Origin: Lobosporangium transversale
Lineage: Eukaryota
DNA length: 64,000 nucleotides
Assembly (NCBI RefSeq): GCF_002105155.1
Contig: NW_019028993.1
Span: 372,001-436,000 of the forward strand
Direction of reading: 5' to 3'
The position numbers were made by a program, and so were the translations under genes. Each line of letters begins with the position of its first letter. Within the stretch, counting starts at the first letter, position 1. The notes below the pieces were generated by a model, which searched no databases, had not been told where the DNA came from, and saw only the letters and a list, made by a program, of their open reading frames with translations. Of the stretch, positions 22,731 through 36,667 are shown in pieces.

Positions 22731-24932
22731 GGGACTTGCGCCAGTGGCGCACAGGCCAAGATGTTGGTACTTCTTTTGGGCTTAATCATTTAGTGCACCC
22801 CTTGGACTGTAAAACGGGCAAATTTACTCATTTAGCTTTCATCAACTCATGGCTAGGCCAGATCCAGTTTTCCGTGCTTTCTACGAGCAGGAAACAACCG
22901 GCTACTGGCATCTTATCGACCATATCAGGTCATAATTATGGTGGGTAGAAGCAATGCCGGTGCTCCGACCTACTCGATTTGCATGCTTAGGAAGCTAATA
23001 AAAAAGACTAAAATAATCAACCAGCAAAACTAATCAGAAAAAAAAAAAAGAAAAAAACCAGCAAAAGCCATTTATCAAGCCTATACTCATCACGATGCAC
23101 TACATCCATCTTTAAATAACCTCGGCTCCTCTGGACATCCCCCAACTTTGACCTTGTTCTATCCAGACTAAAGACAAGCAAAACATCAGTGGCTGTCTCT
23201 ATTATTCTCTACCTCCTTTCCGGCTCCTTTTTCACTAGAGGTACGTTACGAATCTCCATATTGATCTAAAAACGGCTGACATTCGAGATTTAGAAAATCG
23301 TTTGATTGCAGGCTCGAATCTTTGTCTCCAGCAGAGAATAGCATTAGGCCATTTTGTTAGGTGGTATTCATAGATTTCGCACTAGTGTACATTGTCACCG
23401 TAACAACCGCACCAGCTCCCTAGAATCAGTTCTACTACGGTTAAAATACAACCGCAGATGCATGGTGTATTTGATCGTGATGCGATTGGTGCCGGAAATA
23501 TTGGTGGGATGTGTCTCGCACATATACCATCTCGAATGCGGTCCGGAAAGCCCAAACCCAGTATGGCAGTAGCGAGAACTGCGAGGGGTTCCCTCATTAG
23601 CGCTGTTAAGCGCTCGAGGCAACAATGATTGGGAGACTGATTCTCCCTTCACAGAATTGTAAGTGAAACAATCATAGTTTTTGTATGCTTTGTATGCTCG
23701 AGCAATAGCCATCAATGTTTGAACTAACTTTGACTTGTTGTGTGTGCACTTCTGTTCCTTGCAGGGATCCTACCCAAGATGAGAGGTTTCAAACGTCAGT
23801 GGAAAAAGATGAAGCTATTACACTATCAACTGAGTGGTCATGACATTATATCGCTGTTGAACAATGGCATAGGCAATCTGTCTCCCTTTCAAGAAACACA
23901 GGATGAACCAACAGAAAAGGGTCGATTCGACACCCTCCGAGCATGTGCCTATCTATCGCTTTATGATATTTGCCAAGTACAGTGGTCATCATAAGTTGTT
24001 CAATAAATCTGAAATCCGGACATTCTCATTTCTCTTCTCTCTTTTGATCTTGTATGTCGACAATGTAGCTGCGGTAATGGATTCGGTCATCACCAGTGTC
24101 TCTTCTGCTGTAGTGTCAATAAAGCCTTTTCCTTGATAGACAACCAAGATGGATGCCAATTGTTGGCTCCTCATTGAAAGATATATGGAGTAAATTAACT
24201 CTGCTTTATTGGACAATTGTGCTAGTTGATTCGGTTATCCGTTTGGGAAAATGGATATGGTTCCAGAGACTCGTATAACATTGAGGACAGCTATGTTGTT
24301 ATAAATGTCAATCAAATCCAGACCGTTCGTTAAACGTAGGCTCTTAAGGACATGAACTAAGGATGAACTTGGCAGGATAGCTAATGATAAAATGAGAGGA
24401 GCCTTGCGCGGTGACTCTGTAAGAGTGTAGGGATAAAAAAAAATGTAAAGTTTTCTACAAAGACAACAGGCCTAAATGAAATTGCAGACTGCATTGGATC
24501 ATCTCCAGGTAGTGTCTCCTTCAGTCTTAGGCGGAGGGAGAGAGGGCTCTAAAGAGCCAGGCTAGGCAGTGCTATACAAGGTGTAGAAATGCCGTGTTTT
24601 GTATAAAGACTTTATCAACTAACACGGGCGCTTATACATCTGCTTTTTTGAAGCGTATTAAAAGTTAAAACATTGTTTTTTCCAGCGCAACCCTCCAGAC
24701 GCTCGTGATCCATTGCGCACGTGATCGGCGGAGCCAAAAAAAACACGATGTGTGCTCACACCTTCTCACGTTCATCCTCATGCATCTTTTTTTTTCTTTC
24801 TCTTTTATACACGACACTCTATTCCATTTGAATAATCAGCACACGACAGCCATCCTCTAACAGCCTTTATTGTTTCATTGTTTTTCTCCTTCTCCTTCTC
24901 AAGCCTCAAGTTCATATATTCCTTGAAGAACC

Positions 24933-26760
24933 ATGAAGAAAAAAGTAAATGCCTTTTTCTATCCCTCTTCTTCCTCCAAGAGAATAAAAATACATTATTG
25001 AAAAAAAGAAAAAGAAAAAGAAAAAAGCTTACACGAGGATGCATGTCTTTACTAAAAAAAAAAAAAAAAAAAAAAAAAAATGATTTTTAGGTGCTATTGA
25101 TGGGAAAGAGTGGGTCAGGCAAGACCTCCATGCGCTCCATCATTTTCTCAAATTATATTGCAAGAGACACTCGTCGTCTTGGTGCAACCAGTAAGGAAAC
25201 ATGCATACACGTAAAAAAAAAAAAAAAAAAAAAAGGGCATTCTAATGCATGTGCATATTTGTTCGTCTACATTTTTTTTTTGTTTTTTTTTTATGATTGC
25301 TACAGCTGTAACTAAGAAACTAAACATAATCAATTAACTGTTGTTTTTTTGATAGTTGATGTCGAGAATTCACACGTCCGCTTTCTTGGAAACTTGGTAT
25401 TGAACTTGTGGGATTGTGGAGGGTGAGTCAATTACAAATTGGAAAGAGAGCTTATTTTATGGCAAAGCAAAAAAAAGGTCAAAGATTTTTTTTTTTTCTT
25501 CAGCTTGCTTTTTTTCATCAAGTGTCAATCAATTGCATAAAAAAACTAATTGGCGTTCTTCTTATTATTATTAATATTTTTAAAAAAAAAAAAATTGTAC
25601 GACACAGTCAGGAGGCATTCATGGAAAATTACTTTGCATCGCAACGTGATCATATCTTTAAAAACGTCGAAGTGTTAATTTATGTCTTCGATGTGGAAAG
25701 CAGGGATGTTGAAAAGGATATGCATTATTATCAATCATGCTTGGAAGCCATCATGACCAATTCCAAAGATGCAAAGATCTTTTGTTTAATTCATAAGATG
25801 GATCTTGTACAGGAGGATCAACGTGATAAGATCTATAATGAACGTGTCCTCGAATTACAGACACGATCTTTGCCTCTTCAAGTGATACCCTTCAGGACTT
25901 CAATTTGGGATGAGACATTGTACAAGGTATATATCAGCTGCCAGCCTTAACGAGTATTACCAGGCACTATCATTTCATCATCAATAAGCTTTTTCATAAT
26001 CAATGGTTCTAATTTTTTTTTTTTTTTTTTTATTTAAAATTTTTTTTATCGTGCTCATAGGCATGGTCATCCATTGTGTATTCACTGATCCCAAATGTTC
26101 AACTTTTGGAGAGTCATTTGGACAACTTTTGTAGGATTTGTGAAGCGGATGAAATTGTCCTGTTTGAACGAATGACATTCTTGGTGATTGCACATTCCAC
26201 ACGTATTGATTATGGTGATGTGCATCGGTTTGAAAAAATCAGCAACATTATCAAGCAATTCAAGCTGTCGTGCTCGTATGTGTGCCCTCCTTTTTTTTTT
26301 TGTCTTCTTTATTTTTTGCTCGCCTTTTACAAAAAAAAAAAAAAGAAAAAGAAAAAGCTTTTGTGTGCAAATGGTCATTTAATCCAACATTGGCATGCTG
26401 TTTTAACACACCTTTTATTAATGTAATGGATGAATGATATTTTACAGTAGGACACAGGGTAGCTTCCAAAGCATGGAAGTACGACATTCCAACTTTGCAG
26501 GATTTATCGATTACTTGACAGGCAATACATATGTTATGGTTATCATGTCGGACCCAACTATCCGTAAGGCCCTTACTCCTTTAACACCTCTGAAATGGAA
26601 GTCTGATCTGATCACTCATATCCTAACCTTTTTTTTTTTTTTTTTTTTTTCCCCTTTTGGTTCATGGTTACCCTGAATAGAATCTGCTGCAACTCTTATG
26701 AACATCAGTGTTGCCAGAAAGCATTTTGAAAAATTGGAAGGAGCACAGTTCTCAAAGTAG
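24933..26760 (+). CDS. GTR1: Rag GTPase Gtr1/RagA (multi-exon, 12-nt first coding exon)
   Basis: [96 protein letters not shown]; stop TAG 26758-26760. Confidence 0.97.
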
Positions 26761-27089
26761 ACGAAGCTCAATAAATATATATATAATTGTATCAATTGAT
26801 TTTTTTAAAGAGCGCGCAGCCTATGATATAATTTAAACAAACCTGTGCACGTGTTCAGCAATTCAATAAATATATATTTGTGTGTGTATAGAGTATTTTA
26901 TATGTTTATTTAATTCTACAAATTTTACAAACCACGACATTCTATCCATATGCAGACAACCTGTTGTTCTGGGTTTCTTTTTTTTTTTTTTTTCTTATTT
27001 CTTTTTACAATGTAATGGGAATGATGGGAAAGGAAGAAGAGGGTGAAATGATGATTATTATTACTCTTTTTTTTTTTTTTTTTTTTTTT

Positions 27090-28786
27090 TTAAGCCTTGG
27101 CAACCTTGGCGATCAAAACTTCAACGACGCTAGGATCAGCCAAAGTGGAGATGTCGCCTAATGAATCAGCTTCACCAGCAATGATCTTGCGCAGAATACG
27201 GCGCATCAACTTGCCAGAACGAGTCTTTGGCAGATCCTCAACCAAGTAGATCTTCTTGGGAGCAGCAAATGGTCCGATGACCTTGCGGACCTGAAGAATC
27301 AGCTCCTTGGTGAGATCAGTGGAGTGTTGAGAGATACCGGGCTTCAAGCAGACAAAGGCATGAATACACTGGCCGGTGACATCATCCGGAGCGCCAATGA
27401 CGGCTGTCTCTGCAACGGAGTGATGCATGATCAATGCAGATTCAATCTCAGCAGTTGACAAACGATGTCCTGAAACGTTGATCACATCATCTACACGACC
27501 ACGAATCCAGATGTATCCATCGCCATCACGGGAGGCACCATCACCTGTAAAGTAAAAACCATGGTAGGGCTTCAAGTAAGTCTCCAAGTAACGTTGGTGG
27601 TTGCCGTAGACTGTGCGAGCCATTGAGGGCCAGGCTTTCTTGACAGCCAACACTCCTGTGACATCATTGCCGACAAGCTCCTTGCCAGTGACTGGATCCA
27701 AGATTGCGAGATCAATACCAAAGAAAGGAACAGTGGCGGAACCAGGCTTGGTGGGGATAGCTCCGGGGAGTGGTGTGACAATGTGTGAACCAGTCTCGGT
27801 CTGCCAGTAGGTGTCCACAATGGCGCAGCGTCCTTTACCGACCTTGTCATTGTACCAGTGCCAGGCCTCTGGGTTGATAGGCTCTCCAACGGTGCCGAGG
27901 ACACGGAGGCTGGAGAGATCATGTCCCTCGACCCATTCATCACCAAGGCGGCGGAGGGCACGAATGGCTGTAGGGGCAGTGTAGAACTGAGTGACCTTGT
28001 GCTTAGCGATCAATTCCCAGTAGCGAGCAGGGGTAGGGTATGTTGGGATCGACTCGAACAAGACTGTGGTTGCGCCCAAGGCCAGGGGTCCATACACAAT
28101 GTAAGAGTGACCAGTAATCCAGCCGACATCAGCCATGCAGGCAAAGATGTCATTAGGATGGTAGTCAAAAACATACTTGACAGTGGCAGCGGCCCCCAAG
28201 AGATAGCCAGCGGTGGTATGCAAGACACCCTTGGGCTGACCGGTCGAACCGGAGGTATAGAGAAGGAATAAAGGATCCTCAGAGCTCATGGGCTCTGGGG
28301 TAAGGTAAGTCATGCGCTTGGAGGTTTCCTCGTTCCACCAATAGTCACGACCAGGGGTCATGGGGACATCAGCACCAGTACGTTGGCAGACAATGACGGT
28401 CTCAACTGAAGGGCAGGCCTTGAGGGCCTCATCGACAATGCGCTTGGTCTCGATGGTCTTGCCTCCACGTTTACCCTGATCCGCAGTCAGGACCAAGCGG
28501 CAGCCGGCATCTTGGACACGGTCGCGGAGAGCCTCAGCAGAGAAACCGGCGAAAATGACAGAGTGAAGAGCACCGATACGGGCACAGGCCAAGAAAGCGA
28601 TAACGGCCTCGGGAATCATAGGCATGTAGATGGCTACAGTGTCTCCCTTCTTGATGCCACGGGCACGGAGAACACCAGCGAGCTGTGAGACATCGCGAAG
28701 AAGTGCACCATAGGTGATATTCTCGGATTGGTTGGGTTCATCAGCCTCATAAATAATGGCAACCTTAAAAAGAAAAAAGAAAAAAG

Positions 28787-28817
<31 letters not shown>

Positions 28818-29904
28818 AACAACAACAACCGAGGATAAAGTTAGAGATCAAGGCGATTGATTGTATCCTGATGATATGCTTTTAAATATGTCAATATAAA
28901 CATACTCTGTTTGGATCAGCAAAAGCATGACGATCAACACAGTTGTAGGAGGCGTTCAATTGACCATCAAGGAACCAGGCGGCATCACCATGTTCAAGTC
29001 CACCATGCTTGACGGTGGTGAAGGGCTTTGACCACGTGAGGAGCTCATTGGCCAGCTAAGACAAAAGGGAAGAGTATGAAATATTTTATCAAGATTAGTT
29101 TCTATTGAAAGAGACATTGAGGGGAGAAGGGGGTCATAGAGTATCGTAGGTCATAGAATATCATGGAATGGAAATAAGATGATTGGAGAAAGCAAATGTC
29201 AGGGAAATTGGCTTGGGCTCAAGTGAGCAAACGACTGGCCACAAGGAACCAGAAATCCAACATTTCAAGATCTGTGACCAATTGATAAGACCATTATTTA
29301 TCTATAGGACGTACAGCAGAACAAAAGGGGAGGGGAGAAAAAAAAACCATTGGGGAAAAGAAGGAAGATATCTCTCCTAGATCCATTTCCTCGATCCATT
29401 GTTCACATTAACAAGGAAGAAAAAAGAAAAAAAAAAAAAGAAAAAAAAAACTTTTCATTTCCCAAAAGAAATGGATACATCCACTTTGAGAAAACACACG
29501 GGTTTTGTTCGCCATTATCAAGCGAGATGAGCCTGGATAGCCTGCTTTGTGCTTTTTTTTTTTGTGAAGGACCAAATCCAGATTTGTAAATCTGCCAGCC
29601 AGGGGCTAGCAAGATATTAGTCCGCAAGCTTTCCAGTCATCTGCAATGCTTCCCAGGGGGGAGGGTTCTCTCATATCTTGATTACGCACGTATATACTGT
29701 GGCATTCTAAGAATCCCATGATTGATTGGGAATAACAAAATTGCCACTTTTTTATACCTTTCCAAAGAACTTTTCAGGATTCTCAATACTCTCGCGGTGC
29801 ATCTCCTTGTACTGCTCTACAGACTTGACATAGGGCTCAGGGCATTGGGATGCATCGTGGAGTCTGGCAGGGACGGGGTACAGGGTATTTTCTCCTTCGG
29901 ACAT
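27090..29904 (-). CDS. acs: Acetyl-CoA synthetase (3 coding exons; ~700-nt first coding intron)
   Basis: [74 protein letters not shown] 29904. Confidence 0.98.
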
Positions 29905-30965
29905 TTTTATTTACTTTCCTATAACAAGAATAATAATAATAAAGGGGACAACATTAATATCATTAGGAACAAACTTGCAAAGAAATGTTCACAACACCCA
30001 TCGCGATGGTTGTGAACTGCTCATTCACTCATTCGCTCAATTTGCTCATTCATGTTCATTCCTCGACAAACTTACCTTGACGTGTTTTTTTTTTTTTCTA
30101 TTTGAATGCGAGGATTAAAAGATTGTTTATATGTACAAGATATATAAGAAATAAAGAGAGTGAAGAGTGGAGAGAGGAGAGAGGAAAGATAAAGATGAGC
30201 TAGAGCACAAGAAAAGGAAAGAAAAGAAAAGAAGAAAGAAAAAAGAGAGAAGGTGAATGTTGTTGTGCCTCTTTTATACGACTGGCATTGGACCTCGATT
30301 GTTTTGGTCGTCTATAAGGATATATTCAATTCTATTGTTCAACCTTATATTGCGGTTGCAACAATTAACAATTATTTTTTCTTATGTATTATGTATATAC
30401 TTGACACATTTGTTTTATCTAAGCATTTCACAATCTCTATCTCCATCCCTCTTTCTCACCCGCAGATACAGACATTGCAATGTTGACCAACGCCTCATCT
30501 TTCTTCCCCTGCCACACACACACCCTTATCGTACGCACGTTAAAACAAACATAAAAATCGTTAGGCATATTTGATTGAGAAGAAAAAAAAATCTTCATTC
30601 CTTTCCTTATTCATATTCTCCATAAAACATCAAGCACCAGCTTCATCGGATTTCAATTCCGTCATCCTTTGTTCCTGATCTCAAGCCTATTCTGGCCTAG
30701 GGGGGGGGTCTCATCACAGGTTTCATTTGCTTCCTAAGAGCCCTTCATTCCCCAAAATGATTGTCATCACTACAAAGAAATTTTTTTTTAGTAACCGAGT
30801 TGGGAAACAATTGCTTAGAGGCAAATGTCCATTTTAATTTTTGATCCTCACCCCTCCACAACAAGCTATACATCCAAACAGTACTCCATTGATGTTGGTA
30901 TATAATAAGGGATATAAAACTCAACCTTATTATTCTATTTGCTATTATATTATATAGCCCGTTTC

Positions 30966-31129
30966 ATTTGGTCGCGATACCTTATATTTTTTGAATACTT
31001 TCGAGTGTATTGGCAGCCAATTAGCTCGCTTGTTACGAGTATTGTTGCAAGTCCGTCACGTAGTGAGATGCCACCAGAACAATTCAATCATCGTTTTTAG
31101 ATTAAAAATATAAGGTATCGTGACCAAAT
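30966..31129. repeat. Short inverted repeat, 26-bp arms around 112 bp (MITE-like or hairpin)
   Basis: ATTTGGTCGCGATACCTTATATTTTT (30966-30991) versus AAAAATATAAGGTATCGTGACCAAAT (31104-31129): 25/26 complementary. Confidence 0.8.
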
Positions 31130-33091
31130 AAAATTGGCGATATTTATAAAGCGATATTTTTTATATAATAGGAACCGACTTTCAATTAGAAAGGTGGAAG
31201 GATTCAATTCACTCGGCCATGTTGGATATTGTATTTATACAAATATATACATATAAAACTATAAATCATCACAACAACCTCTTTTCGCTGTTGGCGTTAA
31301 GCTTTTGCCTTTATGCCCCGATTTATCCTTTACCCATCCTCTCTTCTCCATCTCACATTTATACCTCTGTCGTAATGAGCAAAAAAAAAAATAGGAGATC
31401 GCGTACTCCAAGTGGTTACTCATTTTTCAGAAAGTGGGAAGGCAGGTCCATATTGAGTAAGAGAAGCGCTTTTTTTTTTTTTTTTTTTTTTTTTTAACCG
31501 GATCGGATAAAAACAAGTATGCGGTCCAGTCGGATCCAAAATAGAAAACTAAAGGGATTACATTACATTGTGAACAATAACATGTTCCTGATACCATGCG
31601 TCATCCAAGGTCCTTCTTTGTGGACAGATCTTTTTATTCATTCATTCCTTGCTTTGCATCGACATTCATCTTTGCTTCTTTCTTTTCACACTCCTCCACA
31701 TTCCCGATCTATCGTAGGTCTGGTTATTGATGTGTTTCTCCTTCTTGTGTCTCTCTGACTTGCTTTGTCTTATATATACATACATGCCCAGGGAATCAAT
31801 ACTTGCCCAATGGAGTACAAAGGAATGGGTCCATTATACACAATGTATATATTATAAAAAATAAATATTCAATATATTTATATATAATTAATATATTATT
31901 TACTATTGTTATCATTATTACTGGCCTGACTATAGTACAACATTGCCTTATCTTTAAACTTTGATCCTCTGAAGGCTCATCGTTCTGCATTATCTGTCAC
32001 TCACCCCATTGTCCATTGGCAGTCCAAATCCTTGATCCAGACTTTTTTTATATGTCTCGTGGTGGGAAGAGGGGTTTCTTTTTTTTTTTTAAAAAAAAAA
32101 GGGGGATGATCGGTTGGTAATCTCTATGGGGAGGGAAAAAAAAGAAAGAAAAGGATACATATTTATTGGATATATCGGACACAAGGGAAACCAGACAGGT
32201 ATGCCGCGTGGCTGGAGAGACACACTTTCCGTTTCATACGCTACAAAAGATAACCTTCATTCTATCGAATTTTGCAGCCTGTTATTCAAATCAAGGAACC
32301 AGGTTGTTACAGCATTGTCATTACAGCGCTAAATTAAATCTTTTCCTCACTTCAAGGGTTTGATCCTCTTTTTTCCTTTCGGATGTTTTTTTTTTTTTGA
32401 TTCTTCATTTGTCAATAAGCTTTGATGTGTGCCCAACTAGTAATGCACATCTTATCCTCCACATCCCCCACACCTTCACAGGCACATCCCCCATACGTCA
32501 GCCTATAGTCATAGGACTACAAACTCTCTTTTTTTTTTTTTTTTTTTTTTTTTTTCATTCGGAAAATTGGTTGTCAGGGCCATCAGAAGGCAAACACTGT
32601 TGTTAAATTCAATCTAAAATATAAGGTGGCTTTTCATTTCGTAGAAATGGCACTTGTCTTTTCACTCACCCTTCCTCTTCTCCACTCTCTGCTTCTCTGC
32701 TCTGTGCTCTGCACAATCCCCATGCGGCTGAAGGAAAAATTCTTTTTAAACTCTATAAACTAAAGTCATTGGTAGACTAGCCCATTGCGACACTTTTTTA
32801 TTTTTATGGTTTGCAATTAGGTTCACAGCCCACATTAAAATCTTTGTCTTGTAGTCAAGCAAACCCTTGAATAAAAAGATAGATATATAATGGACATCAT
32901 CATATGTGTGTGTTGTTGTTGCATTTGTGTATTGGCTGGCTTTTTTACGATTGGACAAAACGGCATTAGACCTAAGCAATTTATAGTCTAGACATTCGAT
33001 CTACCCGTGGAACCCTTAGAATGAAGGAAAAATAAATAACAGTAATAATAAAAGCTTGTTATTATTGTTGGCATAGCATAACAATATGAAT

Positions 33092-33122
<31 letters not shown>

Positions 33123-33336
33123 GTTTTTTTCGGATTACTTTTTTTGAGGTTGTTTGTTGTGGAGGAAATGAGATTTTCCTTTGGCGAAACGCGCATGTTG
33201 TGCATGAGTTTTGTGCTGTAGTACCACTTGTTGCACCCTTGTACAACTCAAAGCCCCGTGGTACATGTGCTAATATGAAAAAAAAGAGCTTTTTGTAGCC
33301 AGGAAAGAAAAAAAACAACCTTCATCAAGAATACCG

Positions 33337-33368
<32 letters not shown>

Positions 33369-34505
33369 TTTTCACCCCGTGGCTCATGCATGTATATACA
33401 ACAAGCTAATAGGTTCCCCTGCTCCTCCTCCTCCTCCTCTTCCCTAATTCGATACATTCGGAAATGAATAAGAGGTTAGCTATATACAACTACATGGCAC
33501 TCTCCTACACAATGATAAGAAGCGGATGATAACGGATTGAAAAGGAAAAATAAAAAACGCACTCCACTTGGAGGACCAAAGTGGTCTAATCGACAATATG
33601 ACGCGTGTATCTACGCGCCTTTTTTTTATAATCGCGCACACGGACACACCATCTCCTCCTGAATTAAGTTTTACTAAAAAGCTGGTGATACCCTTTGTCT
33701 CCACAATTAATTATTTCTTCCTCTCTACTTTGCTCATTCGTACCGTCCTCTTTTGTCGCCTATCTTTCCAAACACACACATATTACCACCATCACCACCA
33801 TAACCACCCAAGGTGATGAGGAACTATAAGAACATGCTATTCAGCAATATTGTCGATTATATGGGTTTGATCGAGTCCAAAGAAATGAGGTTTCAGTTAT
33901 GAGTTATCAGACAGCTTCCCACATCTCCGAGTCGACTTCTTTTGCAAGTTCAATCCCATTTAGAGAATCTCTCTATAAACCTTAAAGCACAGGTCAGAAT
34001 CAGATGTGACGTGACTTTGACAGGACCCTTTTGCTTTGCACGTTTGTAACATTCTCCCAGACAACCGATGAGGTCGTGCCCCAAAGACAAGATACTCGTA
34101 CCAACGTATTTGCATAGTTGTATATTCCATTGACTACGGATTCCATGTGAAAAAACGCGTACCACAAATACACAATGCAATACACAGACACACATTGCAC
34201 AGACGCGTTCTTCACTCCTCGAACCAAGAGAGAGGGAGGGGGAACACAATCTTAGGGGAACACAAGCAATTCGTGAGAGAAGTCTCGTTCGGCTCGCTTT
34301 ACGTTCTTGCATTTAACTCGCTCGCATTCATTTATACATTCACTCATTCAGCCATCCATTCATTTATTTCGTCGTCATTCATCTCTTTTACGAATTTCTC
34401 TCTCACTTTCTTTCTCTTCTGCTGCTTCTGTTTTCATTCATATACTGCCACACACATACTCTCCAGAGCTAAGGAAACAAAAAATATAAGTGTATATTAA
34501 GAGCC

Positions 34506-36448
34506 ATGTCAGCTGTCAGAGTAGCTCAGTCCTCAAAGGGATCGATCAGGTCATTGATCTCACTCATGAATAAGTCTTGTACCTGTCCTGCACATTCCCA
34601 TGCTCGCGCTGTCCAAAGACAACAGCAACAGCAACAGCAACAACAGACACTTCAGAGTCAACAGCCACATGATCACACTTCCAAACACCATCATCACACT
34701 CAAGAATGCGGTCATGACCACCTTCAAAGTGATAAAGAATATGCATTCGAAATGGCTTCCTCTACCATGCGCTTTGGTGAAGGGGTGACCAGAGAGGTGG
34801 GTCAGGATCTGGCCAATATGAAAGCGCAAAAGGTGCTTGTCATGACCGATCCCAACATTGCAAAGTTGCCTGTAATGAAGACTGTAGTCGAGTCTCTCAA
34901 GGCGAATGGTGTCCCATTCGTAATCTATGACCGTACAAGGGTCGAACCATCCGACCAAAGCTTCCAGGACGCCATTGACTTTGCTAAGCAACATAAACCA
35001 GACGTCTTTTTGGCAGTAGGTGGTGGCTCTGTCATGGATACCTGCAAAGCAGCCAACCTGTATATGCATTATCCTGAAGCAGACCTACTTGAGTTTGTGA
35101 ATTCGCCGATCGGGAAGGGCAGCGTGATCCACAAGACATTATCGCCATTGATTGCTGGTAAAGTGAAGAGTGGAGTTGTGAGTGAAAAAAAAAAAAAAAA
35201 AAAAAAAAAATGGGACAGGGAACAAGCACCGTGGGAATATCACACATAAATTTCTCAAATCAATTTTTCTGCCCCTCCAATAGTTCCAACAACAGCTGGC
35301 ACAGGAAGTGAGACCACGGGGACGGCCATCTTTGATTACAAACCACTGAATGTGAAGACAGGCATTGCCAATCGTAAATTGCGACCCACCCTGGGAATTG
35401 TCGATCCACTCAACACACAGACCATGCCCCGCCAAGTCAAAATTGCTTCAGGTCTGGATGTACTGTGCCATGCGCTCGAATCCTACACAGCCATACCTTA
35501 TAACGAACGCACCCCCCGTCCTACTAACCCAGCAGAACGACCAGCGTATCAAGGATCCAACCCAATTTCGGACATTTGGTCCTTGGAAGCCCTTAGATTG
35601 ACTGTCAAGTACTTGGCACGATCTGCTAATGATCCTTTGGATAAGGAGGCCAATGCTGAAATGTGTCTAGCTGCCTCTGCTGCCGGAACTGGATTTGGCT
35701 CTGCGGGTGTTCATGTAATGTAAAAATATTAAAAAAAAAATGTCGCAAAAAATATTTCCCTCGGATAAATCACTAACCAAAATTTATTTTTCCTCCCCCC
35801 AAACTTCATGAAGCTCTGTCATGGAATGAGCTATCGTAAGTTACGCATTTTTTCTTTTTTTTTCTTTTTCTTTCTTAGGCAAGGTCTAGCTAGAGTTAGG
35901 ATTTTTATTCATCAATTTAAACCCTTTTTTTGAATTATAGCCATTAGTGGACTTAACAAAAGCTACAAACATCCAGAGTACAATGTCGATCACAAGATCG
36001 TTCCCCATGGTAATGAAATGGCAACTAAATGTGATCCATCCTGCTCCCTTTGCATGGCCGTTTATATTCCATTAATTTTTTTTTTTTTTTTTTTTTTTTC
36101 CCCACTTTAGGAATCTCCGTGGCGGTAACAGCACCAGCAGTCTTCCGGTACACGGGCGAGGCATGTCCTGATCGCCATTTCAAGGCGGCTGAGATCTTTG
36201 GCGCAGATGTTTCATCCAAGGTGCGGAAGGCCGAGAGTGCAGGACCCTTATTAGCCGAACAATTGACAAAGTTTTTGGAGAACCTAGGCGTACCCAATGG
36301 ATTGGAGGCCTTGGGTTACACCAAGGACGATATCCCAGCCTTGGTCAAGGGAACGCTGCCTCAACACCGCGTGACTAAACTGGCTCCATTAGAAACGGGT
36401 TCTGAAGCATTGGAGAAGATCTTTGCAGATGCCATGAAGAACTATTAA
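34506..36448 (+). CDS. ADHFE1: Hydroxyacid-oxoacid transhydrogenase (iron-containing ADH family, mitochondrial; includes 22-nt microexon 35814-35835)
   Basis: KEYAFEMASSTMRFGEG, VGGGSVMDTCKAANL, PTTAGTGSETT, GLDVLCHALESYTA, PAYQGSNPISD, GVH|LCHGMSYP, PHG. Confidence 0.96.
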
Positions 36449-36457
36449 TCATAAGTC

Positions 36458-36488
<31 letters not shown>

Positions 36489-36667
36489 GGACGGATCAGA
36501 AAATGCATATCGTAAGATAAAAAGAAAAGATGAAAAAATAAAATCATATTCTAGTCTACTTTATTTATTTACTTATTTTTTTATTCAGCGAATATTATAT
36601 ACAAGTTGTTCCTTGGTCTAAATACAATGGAAAATGCTCAAGCTGCTTCTTTTTTCTGATGCAGCCT

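Noticed and set aside
22502..22948. ORFs with KIKIKI / NKNKNK / FYFYFY tracts
   Set aside because: Translation of the (AAAAAT)n microsatellite.
23270..23335. tRNA T-arm-like GCAGGCTCGAATC
   Set aside because: No cloverleaf, acceptor stem or A-box could be built.
22228..24400. Possible decayed gene or transposon fragments (e.g. GWNKPIIEAW / GWRLKEPIIELW echo at 22228-22452)
   Set aside because: No recognisable domain or consistent exon structure; it cannot be supported without a homology search.
9056..36448. Carbon-metabolism cluster (pyruvate kinase, ADH, acs, ADHFE1)
   Set aside because: The genes are interspersed with unrelated ones and share no evident regulatory signature; probably chance neighbourhood.
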